A DNA stretch of 63,726 nt, counting the filler, from Hausera hauseri (Eukaryota), in assembly GCA_046269625.1 (NCBI GenBank). It is 13 parts of 13 records of this genome, joined end to end, with 100 filler letters (N's around TTAATTAATTAA, not from the genome) between each part and the next. Parts side by side here need not be neighbours in the genome. Positions count along the whole stretch, not along the records: positions 35,648 to 40,032 come from JBJURY010607332.1; positions 40,133 to 44,414 come from JBJURY010659774.1; positions 44,515 to 48,839 come from JBJURY010634108.1; 10 more parts are not named here. One strand, given 5' to 3'. How positions within the stretch are numbered: position 1 is the first letter of the stretch; every line of letters begins with the position of its first letter. Under the pieces are notes generated by a model. That model made no database searches. It saw only the letters and a program-made list of their open reading frames with translations, and was not told where the DNA came from. The translations under genes and the position numbers were made by a program. Positions 35,548 to 47,079 of the stretch are shown here, piece by piece.

Positions 35548-37170
35548 NNNNNNNNNNNNNNNNNNNNNNNNNNNNNNNNNNNNNNNNNNNNTTAATTAAT
35601 TAANNNNNNNNNNNNNNNNNNNNNNNNNNNNNNNNNNNNNNNNNNNNAAAAACTCAATTTTAGGCTGAAATATCCACTTATGTGACCAATAATCTGATCG
35701 TAGTCTTACTACTGGCAACTGACCATAGCACAAAATTACCAACCACTAAATTGCAAAAATAATAAAAGAACACGTGAGCAGGAACGATGAGCGTAACACA
35801 TCAGATCAATATGTTTTGAAAATTTTCTCTTTAAACAGACGCTAAATTATGTCAGAAATAACCGTTTACAGACTGAAGCAGAATACAGCCCAACATGGCA
35901 GGCCCACTGTATGTTGAAGACCAACTCAGCTCAGCTGCTCTGTTTGGTGACCCATTGTCTGTGTTACACCCTCAGCCTACAATGATCAGAATTTTATAAC
36001 CTTTTTAAATCGGACAAACTGGAACCCAAAACAAAAGCAGAATTGATAGCATCTGGCATCCTCTTTTTTCCACAGCAGAAAAAAATGTCCTTTGTGTGTC
36101 ACTTTTCTGTTGCCACTCACCGAAAGCAGACTGTGGCTCTCAAGTATTTTGGATGGAAAAAGCAAGTGAGTGATGCATTCATGAGCATTCAGGAAAACTA
36201 AACTAAAAGTGTAATTTATGGTATGCAGAAAATTGAGGTTTTCAAAATAAATGTTTATCTATCTTTACAATAGAGCAATGTTCATATCTCACATGGGATA
36301 GCCCCAGTTGCAGGGGTGAAATTCCTACACCGCAATGCAAATAAGTAAGATCATCAACTTTGGTATCATTTGTTGAAAATCACTCACCAGTATCAGCTTG
36401 TACTCTTTTTTCCAAAATGGCTGTCGACCTCTCATTGAGTTCAACATCTTTTGGTGGGTTACATTTGTATCCTTAAAAAAGGTTAAAAAAGAAGGACATT
36501 GTTAAGCCTTGTGTAGGCATAAGTCAAACTCTAATTGTATTAGTTCTGGTGTGAAAGGGCCCTTTGTCTTTGAGAAGTGTTTGTTTTGTTTTTAACAAAC
36601 CAGTTTTTTAATTGGGGAGTAGCTTTACCATGACCAGGTGTTAAAAAAATCATAACAATGGTGTGGCCCAAACAAGCAACCTCTTATAAAATTTCTAAGG
36701 CAGTTTATTTACGGGTTCAATGCAACCAGGCAGTCTGACATGCAAAAGTGGCAGTCAATTATTGTACACAAGATCTGACACACGTAACCATACAATTTTC
36801 AAACGCTTGTCATCTCACAGTTTGCTGTCTTACCTGCTATGCAGCTTCTAAAAAGACCCCAATTAAATATATGCTGCAACGGCATTATGTCATCCTGACT
36901 GCTTGGTCTAGTCTCAAAAGTGTTGTGTGAAGGCGGACCAAACTCAATAGCAGCTTATCACTTTCCTTCAATAAAAGGCTACTTCTTTTGCCAGATCACA
37001 GTTGTTAAAAAAATTTCTTAATCTGTCTTCCTGGTTAAATCAAAAAAAAAAAAAAAAAAACTTGAATTTGTCAGTATTCCATTGTCCAATTGAAATAACT
37101 CCCCCAGACCCCCCTGGTGTGAAAATCCCATTAATTTCCTGGAGGAAAATAATTAAGGAAAAATACATAC

Positions 37171-39075
37171 CTAAGACAACAGAGTCCAGAGTCTTCAAAT
37201 TTTTCCCTTTCAGGGATTCAGCACCACTCTCCAATGCAAACAGAAGTTTTCCGATTTTGGCTACCTGGAAAGTCTTGTCTGTTTGGCGATAATAATCACA
37301 ATGTACTCGTATGTCATGTCCCATGAAACGAGCCACTTGTTCTAGTTCTTGATTATTGAGGTCCAGCAGCTGACACAGAGTAGCAACATGTTTCCTTAGT
37401 TTTGTTGAGCGAAGCAGTTCGGGATTGCTTGCCTTGCTGTCTTCAGCAAACTTTCTCAAACAGTCACAGCCACGGATGTTTGTCATTGTCCCAATCCTTG
37501 CGAACACAAATGGGTTTTCATCAAGCACACCAGCTTCTCTTCGCATTTTTATTAATAAATCAAGAGATGCCTTTGTGCGTTCTGTCAGGAGAATAGGCAC
37601 TTTACGCCCTCTCTTTCCACGAGTAAGTATTCGAGTAAGCCTATGACTCATTTGTTGTTCCACTGGTGAGAGAGTCTCGTATATGTCCTTGTTAATTGGG
37701 CCAGTGTCTGCTTTCATATATGTTTCCAAGGTCAAGCGTGATGCTTCTCCTTCACGCTTTTTGTTAAACACAATGATTTGTGCAAGAAGGCTTTCACTTA
37801 GCATTTTGTATGCTGTAGTACTTGCACACTTCTGCAGCTCATCTTTTGCTTCATTCTCTTTTTTTTGCAAGTAATTCTGCAGTATGATAATATCCTCTGT
37901 CAGAGGGACACAGTCTTCTTTGTTCCACTTTCTTTGTTCCATGGTACTATGAGCATTTGCTGCCACATAGCTTGACCAAGAACGATCTAGCAGCTCCTTA
38001 AATTTCTTTGCCTTCTTCTCTGTCAAAACATCTGATGCCATTAAGCAATGTCCAATCCAAGCTTCAGTAGCCCCCTTCAAAGAAAATCCAATTTTAACAG
38101 CAGTAGATGGCTTCCCATACTCTGAAGTGCTCGTTGTGTAGTCAGAAACTTTTCTTGCAGCTTCAATGGCTACCTTGAATTTTTGAGGATCGCACAGATC
38201 CTTAAGACCTTTAACAGTCTTATCAAGATCTTTGGCAGCTACCAAAAGCCTCCCAAGTTCTCTCATTTTCTGAGTTATATAGACATGTTGGGATTGCTCT
38301 CGTCCTTTTTTTGCAAATAATGCATTGCCATAATTACAAATCATCTCATCATTTCTGATGTTTGAGGTCACCTCATCCTGCATCATATTGTGGAATAGGT
38401 CTTGTAATCCCTTATTAGATTGACAGAATGGAAGCAGAAAGGAGGACGCTTTTTGGATTCGTTTTTTTATACCATTCTTGTTTTCACGCTTGGTGCCGCT
38501 CTCCTGCTCTTCAGTGCAGTTCCTGCAAGTCTTCTCATGTCGCCAAAGTTCTTTTCGCCTGAGCATCGCATAACAGTGTTGGCAGGGCAAATAATCTTCT
38601 ATGTGTGCCTTTTTTGATAGTCTTTTCCATGTTACAATTTCACCATTTCCTGCTTCTAAAACTTGTTTATTGTGTTCCCAGTCACCCTTATTTCGAAGAA
38701 CTTCCAACAGCATCTTTCGCCTTTTGGAGCCAGTTGGAAAGCTGAAAGCATATGCGACCTCTGACTCATCCACATGTTTGCACTCCAGATGTCGTGCCAT
38801 CTTTAATTTGGCCTGTTTGCAATATAAACAATAATGGGCTTTGTCCCATCTTCTTCCGCCATCAGTTTCTTTGGTTGCATTGACTGTTATTTCATGCTTT
38901 CTTCTTCTTTTGTCTTGTTTGTTTAATGGCACTGTATGTTTGTGTTTAGCTTTTTTGTTTGTCTGCTGGATGGATGGCATAGGCTTCATCAAGGTCATGT
39001 CTTCATCACTGGATGAAGGACTCGCCGACGGTTGGTACTCTTTATCTGAGTTGCTGTTGCTCGAGAGTTCTGTGT
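37171..39075 (-). CDS. Large intact exon of a Crypton-like tyrosine recombinase with N-terminal Zn-finger motifs; small flanking exons near 39977..39919 and 36472..36389
   Basis: Catalytic-type motifs NKKREGE, RGKRGRKVP, STKLRK, FMGH, DYY; CLYC..RHLE..H and CQHC..RHEKTC. Acceptor ttttcag at 39076-39082; donor gtatgt at 37170. Confidence 0.82.
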
Positions 39076-40132
39076 CTGAAAAAAGTTAAATTGTTCATTG
39101 TACTCGTTTAAAATCACAATGAGCATATGACTCTCTTTTAGGAGGTATACACCAAAGTGGTTTCAGTGCAAAATGCTGTTTCTACGGTCAGTTCTTTAAA
39201 ATAACCAGCTGGTTTTAAACAGAGCAACCTCAGTGCCCTGTAATCACAACACTTGACCTATTTGTTACATCTTAAGTTTTGGCTTGATATCACCATAAAC
39301 ATTTCTAAAACAATTTATATGTTTTAAAAGATGATTAAAGTTGTTGGGAAGGTATAGTGCAGGTGAAGGATACCTGAAGTTTTTTTGTTTTCAGTTTGGA
39401 GATTGTTCAAGTGAAGGATGTTTGCAGTTATTTTGTACTTTTTAAAATATGTGGGAGATATAATTTTTTAAAAATGTTTTAATAAATTGTTGTTCTGCAC
39501 CCTTTTCATTCAATGTTGTTTTCTTTCTGGTGAATTTGTTTTATTTTGTCCCATTGATCCTCCAAACATGTGTTAAGGTGAGCAACAGGATATAATTATG
39601 GTTCTCATTAATACTTTTTCAACATGTGGTCTCTGGCAGATCAGTCCAGTATCGGCATTCTCAGATAGCCATGCCTTTGCAATGTATGCAGCAAAAAATG
39701 CTGATGTTCTGACGGCAGCATATGTTGCTTTAAAATTTTAATACTTGCCATTATAAAAGAGTAAATAGGCTTTTGCCAGAGGCGCTGAAACGACCCATCA
39801 CAGATCCCAGCCTTTTGGATATGTTACTCTTTTTACTTTTGTTTGGATTTTGCTGAGTCATGTTTCTCCCTTATTAGTTTTGCTTTACTTTAATAAAGTC
39901 GTTTTGGTCTCCATCACCTGCCTTCCTCTTTCACCAACTTCTCAAAGTTGACTATATCCTCCAGGTTTGGGACAAATCTGTAATGACAGAAAGAAAGCTT
40001 CATTAAAATATGACAAGATTTCAATGACAGATNNNNNNNNNNNNNNNNNNNNNNNNNNNNNNNNNNNNNNNNNNNNTTAATTAATTAANNNNNNNNNNNN
40101 NNNNNNNNNNNNNNNNNNNNNNNNNNNNNNNN

Positions 40133-41065
40133 GACGAGATATTGTTTATTCGAACATTTGCCATGTGGACGTAGAATTTCCTAAATACGATATACGTCGG
40201 GTTTCTGGGACAGTACTTGCAGTTACCTTTTGTAGAATTTACCGTGTATTTCCTCACCGTTTTCATCCTCTAAAACGTACATGACAAGTGTTTGTTTTGT
40301 GTTGATTGCCGAAATGCAGAAAAGCTCGTCGCTTCAGTTCCGATTGAAATTCTTAATGAATGGCTTTGTACTTATTTTTGAGATACGTACGTAAGCACCG
40401 ATTTTAAATTTTTGGCGCTGAATTGCCTGTGGTTGTGTTTGGTTTTGATAAAGTCACATGTCCAAAACATCGATTACATCCACCGGCCGTAATCCATCGA
40501 TCCCACGATGTGTCGAATGATTGCATGCATGAATAATATTCGGCAGTAGATCTACCCAGCGTTTGTTTCCTTGCTTCGTAAAGAATTTATTCAGGCGACC
40601 GTGCAATGTTCGATTAAATTGTTCAACCAGTGCAGCCTTTTATTTAGAAAACAACGAGTAGTGGTTTACGCCGAACTGTTTCAAGACAGCTGCAACGTGA
40701 GCGTTGTAGAATTCCTTACCCAAATCCGTTTGTAAATTCTTCGATTGTTGTTATTGTTGTATCAGTGTCTGAACAGCGTCAGTATATCTTTACCGGATTT
40801 AGATTTCACAGCAGTTGCACGTGCAAAACGACTAAACTCATCAATACATGTCAGTGCGTACCGACACCCATCGTTAATGCTGGCGTACGGAATCATTTCC
40901 ATCAGATCCATTTGCCATACGTTATTTACACCTGCAGCACAATATGCTATCTGTTTCCCGAGTTGACATTGAGTCTGTTTTTGAGTCTGTTTGACAGTCT
41001 TTGCCAGTTTGTCGACGCCAGTATACCCGACTGAATGAGGCGGGTCGAACCACACGTGGCTCATG
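40133..41065 (-). pseudogene. Polinton retroviral-like (rve) integrase
   Basis: WFDPPHSVGYTG, VWQMDLMEM, LTCIDEFSRFA, LQTDLGKEFYN, VEQFNRTL. Confidence 0.9.
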
Positions 41066-41202
41066 GTTGTCGTCGATGATGTCGTTTTGTTAGCATTACA
41101 GCAATTAGAAAACAACTTAAACGAAAGATTCGGTAAACTTGGGCAAAATGGTGAAAACCATGCACCCATATCGACGAATCATCATATACTTACCGTCATT
41201 GT

Positions 41203-41538
41203 TTATACTATGATGCTGCTGTAGAACCAATGAGTCCATCCAGTAATGACGTGACAATCAAAAGAATATGTACCAAGTAATTCTCCATCTTGTTGGTACA
41301 TGACCTCTCGTTTCAGTCGTTTACTACGATTGTTGGCAAAGCCAATGAGTCGTTTTCGATACCTTAGTAAATTTCGCTTCCCACTTCCAATATTAACGTA
41401 ACCCACAAAGATATTGTACAAAATTTCTACTAAATTGTCTACCAAAAACTGTGGGAATGATCGTAGCATGTTTCGCTTATGTCTCTTAGGTGCCTTAAGC
41501 AAAGAAATAATGTACGGCTGACTACATTTGAACCGCAT
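41203..41538 (-). pseudogene. Conserved small basic Polinton/adintovirus protein ('gasderminX'/core-like), 3' frameshifted
   Basis: LVEILYNIFVGYVNI...RYRKRL...KRLKREVMYQQDG pattern, located between ATPase and integrase. Confidence 0.6.
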
Positions 41539-41791
41539 TTTTATTGACGTTTTGATGCTGATGAGACGTAATTATTTATAGCCGTTGCCACTGAGACGAT
41601 AATTTGCTTTTAGCTATTGTTAGAAGCACAGAATTGATTAATCGCTTGACTGTAGCGGTTCATTTTGATACACGTTTCTTGCCGGGCACCCACTTGGTAG
41701 GTTTAGTTTAACAATTATTTTTCGGAAATTCTTCATTTTATCACAATCATGTCGTCGATTTTCAAATTTGTTTATAGACATATACACCTTT

Positions 41792-42403
41792 CTAATTGAA
41801 AATGTTTCTTTCTACACGCATGTCATCGAAAAACTGTTGTGTAAAGTCAGTGAACAAGTATCCGTGTTGCTCGGCCGTAGCATCATGATATGCATCTATC
41901 ATGTAGGCTCGATTGTGAGGAAATGCTTGTCGTAAGAAATAATCAATGATAGTCTGATCACGGGGATTTTTGAACAACACCAAATAATGTACGTTTAGAT
42001 TTTTTGTTCGATGCTGTCCGCCCTGATGGAACATATTTTGCGTAAGTAAAATAGCCGTCACATTACGGTGTTGTGCAATCTTCATGAACAGGTTGTTGAA
42101 GTCGGTTTGTTTCGTTGCCTTTTAAACTAAATCGTCAATAAAAATAACGTCACCGTGGCGTAATCCTTTAGAGCAGTTCTCATCAAACCCATAAATTACC
42201 GTTATCGATTTCAGTTTACAAAATTTCCGATGTGTCAAACCGGACTTTCCATTATTACCACTGCCCTGATGCCAGTACATATGATTGAACAGCGGCGATT
42301 GGTATATGTCACGGTAGTTCTGCAGCAGTTTGCAAACAAAGTGCGTTTTGCCACTTCCACGGGGGCCTACAATCTGGAAAATGGCACAAATCTGCAGCTT
42401 CAT
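41792..42403 (-). pseudogene. Polinton A32/FtsK-like packaging ATPase, split
   Basis: Walker A GPRGSGKT, Walker B IFIDDL, HRNVTAILLTQN, LNVHYLVLFKNPRD. Confidence 0.92.
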
Positions 42404-42484
42404 GTCGTTGGTGATGCATTTTCAATACATTTTGTTTATAATTACACACAAATAAAATTAAGTGCAGCACGAACATTGTTTTAA

Positions 42485-42990
42485 TCATTCATTATAGTAA
42501 ATATCAACTACCGCAGATATGTTATTGAGTGTATTAATGCACTGACGTTTGATCATTGGAAGCTGTCACAATATGCCCACAAATGTTCACTGGATGTTAC
42601 GTGCATCATATTTCCATCGGGAAAGTGTCGCATAATGAGCTGTCGCATACCAATCACAGCTGACAACAATAACAGTAAACTACTGCCATTCGGAATTGTC
42701 ATTGACCAAATTTAGTCATTAACGGTAACGACTCAGTTAGTCTACCAAACAATCAATCTGTACAAATTAGCAATGGCCACTGAATGTACGTATGAACCCG
42801 AACTGTTTCCAACACTGAGTCTGACATCGTTTTGCACACTTTTTATCAATATGTTTAGCAGTGAAAAATTGTTATACTCGGTATTCGAACAGTGGACTAT
42901 GAACCGATTATTAATTAAATTAAAAACCATAAAAATGTTTTAATGAATCAAAATAATGTGCTCTTTACAACAACAGCAAACTATAAATAA
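42485..42990 (+). pseudogene. TATA-binding protein (TBP)-like gene within the Polinton; one stop and one frameshift
   Basis: Manual translation: IVNIN...TCIIFPSGKCRIM...QI*SLTVT...INLYKLA...YEPELFPTL...INMFSS(fs)KIVILGIR. Both TBP repeats are represented. Confidence 0.78.
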
Positions 42991-43780
42991 CATTCCCATG
43001 CTCATTCAGACTTTACTGCCATGGAAGAAAACGACAACAAAATGATTCTACTCAATGATGGTAGTGAGAATGATTGTTCGTGGTTGTTTGGCTACAAAAA
43101 GGACAATTCTAATATCAAATTGCTGGAAACGAAAACAGAACCTGTCTAACAAGGAGAAAAATCGGGTGATTGTCTGCAAGTCGATTATCTGGAAACAAAA
43201 ATGGAACTTGCTCAGAAATCAGCAGTAGCAAAGCCGACGTTAAAAAGGCAAATGGCAATGATTGAAATACGTAAACAAAAATTAAAATCGTCGCGCGAAA
43301 CACAGAAATTTACAGAAACGAATTTTTCTCAAGAATAAAATGCATTTTATGCAAACGCCCGTACTGATTTCATTAAATGGTCCCATGTTTCTATGCGTAC
43401 ACAGGTACAGCTATTGTGTAAAACGGCTTTCGGATGAAAACTTGGTAGACTTTTTGATGCTCTACATCAATTAAACGTGGATTTGAAGTTGAACAAAACG
43501 AGCATGCAACAGCAGTCTGTCGATTTACCGGCTCAGAAAACAAAATTGTTTGATTTTATCGGTCGCGAAATGTCTCATACCCGATAATGATGATGGTAGT
43601 TAAAATGTCGACTGAATATTGAATTGCAAGGATACAAGTAAAAAGTCGGTATCAAAACTCCGATTTGTCGTGTAGCTGAAACACATTTTATTTATCAATG
43701 AATTACGTTGTTTTGTTTTACCGTTTTCTTTCGTTAACCCAATTAACGAGTATAAATATACGTGTAATTTGAATATGTAA

Positions 43781-44260
43781 ATGAGAATAATGATAATGAA
43801 TGATGTAAAGATTGTCTTAGCAGACGAAAATGCCTTTGTATCGAGACGTGTTACAGCAAACAGTGCAGGCTATGATGTGGTTTCCAATGTCAATACGACA
43901 ATTTCGGACAGCACAATCAAATGCATAACGACTGGGATTTAATTGGCAATTTCACCCGGTTACTAAGGCCAACTTTTATCGAAAATCGGACTGGCAAAGC
44001 TCGGACTAACGGTTGTGGGTGGTGTCATTGATTCAGACTTTCGTGGTGAAATTCAGGTGTTGCTGGAAAACCAATCCGGGAAACCGTATGCTTTCTCAAA
44101 AGGCAATGCAATCGCACAAATCGTTTTTCTTCGATGTGAAGAGGCGCAATTCAGTTTCATGTCACCGGAACAATGGGGATTGTTTTGCGTCAATGAAACA
44201 ACACGAAATGAACGCAAAGAATTTGGCTTTGGTGATATGGACAAAGCCACCTATGTTTAG
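43781..44260 (+). pseudogene. dut: dUTPase, two in-frame stops
   Basis: SAGYDV, GQLLSKIGLA, GVIDSDFRGEI, IAQIV, R..EFG motifs. Confidence 0.92.
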
Positions 44261-44342
44261 TGATTGTGACGATAATAATAATAATAATGGTAAGTTATTT
44301 TTTTGTGTTATAAACAAAAAATGATTTTGTACATGATAAACA

Positions 44343-44414
44343 ATGGCGACAGGATTTATAGATATTGAAGCTTTCAAAAATGATAATGCCCGGTACCTAA
44401 TAAAGGAATTATGC
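44343..44414 (+). CDS. Start of a DEDD-exonuclease-like Polinton ORF (truncated)
   Basis: MATGFIDIEAFKNDNARYLIKELC (DxE ... KEL). Confidence 0.5.
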
Positions 44415-44586
44415 NNNNNNNNNNNNNNNNNNNNNNNNNNNNNNNNNNNNNNNNNNNNTTAATTAATTAANNNNNNNNNNNNNNNNNNNNNNNNNNNNNN
44501 NNNNNNNNNNNNNNAATATGAACCATGGAATAAGGTTTGCCAGAAATGGGCCCAGCAAACCATGTGAGACAAGGACGAATTTATTA

Positions 44587-44784
44587 TTAAAATATTATGT
44601 TAATGTTCTAACAAATGGTAGCAGAACGTGGTTCCGATCCACGAGACTACCAGTTAATTATTATGTTATGTTTCCAACAAATGGTAGCAGAGAGTGGTTT
44701 CGATCCACGATGCTATCATTTATATATTTTGATATTGTTTCAACAAATGGTAGCAGAGCGTGGTTCCGATCCACGAGGCTACCA
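44587..44784. repeat. Three 66-bp tandem units, each with a ~28-nt segment antisense to the initiator tRNA-Met 3' end
   Basis: TGGTAGCAGAGCGTGGTT(T/C)CGATCCACG variants at 44616, 44682, 44748. Confidence 0.85.
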
Positions 44785-45536
44785 CTTAAATACTATTTAA
44801 ATCCCCCAACCTAAACGAATTGGTCATATAATTATTGTGATTATGTTATTGTTCTAACAGTGTATTTATACTTTATTCGTATTATCTGTATGTGTTCTTG
44901 TGTAAACATACGTGCATTGTAATCAGTGAGAAATTCATGAATTTATGATGAAGGAAATACTTTGTGTATGTCAGTTTTCAGAAATCAAACTGTTTTGCCT
45001 TCACACAATATAAACATGCCGGCATTTTATCGCTGTCTTGCATCGAACAAATTTCTTTCGACATTATCTATATTTGCATGGCGGAGTTGCTTACATTCAA
45101 TAGTTGAACAAACTTATTTTACTTACGCGTATACTTCATTGATATGTTATCATTTTTATGCGTACTGACGTTTGAATTTTACTGATCGATGCATTATTTA
45201 CTTCAAGTATATACTCAAGTGTACTTACTAAATGTATGTAAAGTGGCAATTTTATTTTCATATTAGAGACATTCTAGAATCTGTTTGTGCTGCTGCCTGA
45301 AATTTCAAATACTTTGGAATCCATTCATGATTGATGGATGTTCATGTGCATATGTACAAGAAATAAATAAATTGTTTAAGTGTAAAAAAATTGTAAAAAA
45401 TTAATACTTTTGAATTTGTTCTGGCCATATTGGCATTTTCATTGTTTTGTAGGTGTTGTTCGATATTCTTTTTCAGAGAATTTTGGAGGATATAAAACAA
45501 AGTTTTGTTTGCCATTTTTTCTTTAAATGTTAGACT

Positions 45537-45968
45537 ATGGCCAACAAAAACAATAATAGTCTTAATGCATACTTGCTCATTTTATTTTCCAGTTGCCAAT
45601 TGGAGATATATTTTTGCCGGTTTGTTTCTCATTGTGAAAACGACTGTATCTCAGGTTATATTCCCTATCTGAATAAATATTTCTGTTGTAACGCAGTTTT
45701 AAGTCGTCACATCATTCGATATCGTTTGAAGAATGAAAGTTTAATGCGGTTGAAATACAAATGTCTATGTGGAAATCAAAAGCCGAAAGACGGCGATGGT
45801 AACAAATCTCAATTTGTCAATTGTCGCAATCATTGTCTATCATGTTTCCAAAGAACGTGCGATTATAATAATTGTACCGTTGTGACTTGTGACAATAATT
45901 GTGGGGCTGTTATGCACAAATGCAAATTGGACGAACATGTGCAGTACGTCTGTGGAAAATCTCGTTAA
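45537..45968 (+). CDS. Cys-rich uncharacterised ORF
   Basis: 143 aa, many Cys; TATAAAA about 45 bp upstream. Confidence 0.35.
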   Translation: MANKNNNSLNAYLLILFSSCQLEIYFCRFVSHCENDCISGYIPYLNKYFCCNAVLSRHIIRYRLKNESLMRLKYKCLCGNQKPKDGDGNKSQFVNCRNHCLSCFQRTCDYNNCTVVTCDNNCGAVMHKCKLDEHVQYVCGKSR

Positions 45969-47079
45969 ATGTATAAATTTTGCCTATGGCTGCAAGAAGT
46001 TAATTTCCCGGGACTCGATGTACGAACATTTGTAGAAATGCGCTGGCGACATTGTCATTTATACACGGGAATGGAGTCGACACATGGCCGGTAACAAAAT
46101 TTACGATTCATCGTTGGACTGTTCGTCGTTTTTCGGAAAATGAAAAATGGATTTGCTCAATGAACTGAAAATAAAGGTGAACCATGTTGTTTGTTTACGT
46201 TACAGGGATACATTGGCATTGCGTCATCAGTGGCGTTTATTTGAAGAATTTCAACGGCTTTGCGATGCTGATATGTGTCAAACTATTGATATGACTCTAA
46301 CGGAATTAATGAAACTAAAATGATGTCAGAAATGCAAGGACTTTTTCACGAAGGTAATATTCATAATATTCATAAAAACGGAAACGGTATTTGGCGTTTA
46401 CAAATTCATAAGAAGAGTAATTGATCGGTACTACTTTGCTAATACTCGACAAGGGTGTATGAATTTGGATTCATCGAATTTTGATCTCGATGCAACAGTT
46501 GATGACAAAAACTGTGAATCGGCATTTGAGGGATTCATGTTCGAGGGATTTTTTCCACTTTCTACGAGAAGCCACCCGTTACCGACAAGCGAAATTCGTT
46601 GACTGGGAATATTAGTTGCATCAAAGATTATGAGCAAAATTTGATTTATAAAGAGGGTGATTATTCATATAAGTTATTTTTGTGTGCGACAAGACAACAT
46701 AAAACTAATGGCTTGATTTTCGGTAGTTTTTATTCGAAGACTGACAAATCCTTTGACAAATTCACAGCCTTGTCTGGAAGGGTTCACGTCTAACAATTTT
46801 ATTGATTCCATTTACCTTTGTCTCTCGCCTGATTAGGATTTGGCTTCAAAGGTGCCCCATTTTGGTGAATTATACACCAATGTCTTTGGTAATCCTTTGA
46901 CTGTGTCTAAATCCCTAGAATATCACAAACAATAACCCAAAACGCCCAGTTGAATATACTAGTGTTTATATGTCTGCTGATAAAAGCTAATGCAGATGTT
47001 TGCTAAAATTATGTACGACCCGAGGGACATTGATTTAAAGCTTAGTCCGACTATGGTTGTCGCTTTGAATACGTTCCAC

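Noticed and set aside
40133-44414. Giant-virus (NCLDV) fragment, suggested by ATPase, dUTPase and TBP
   Set aside because: The rve integrase, small basic protein and ATPase order is typical of Polintons; no NCLDV core genes are visible.
44587-44784. CRISPR array (37-bp hairpin repeats, 29-bp spacers)
   Set aside because: The spacers resemble each other, the repeat derives from eukaryotic tRNAi-Met, there are no cas genes, and the context is eukaryotic.
44616-44784. Functional tRNA genes
   Set aside because: Only the T-arm and 3' acceptor strand are present; no contiguous D or anticodon arms.
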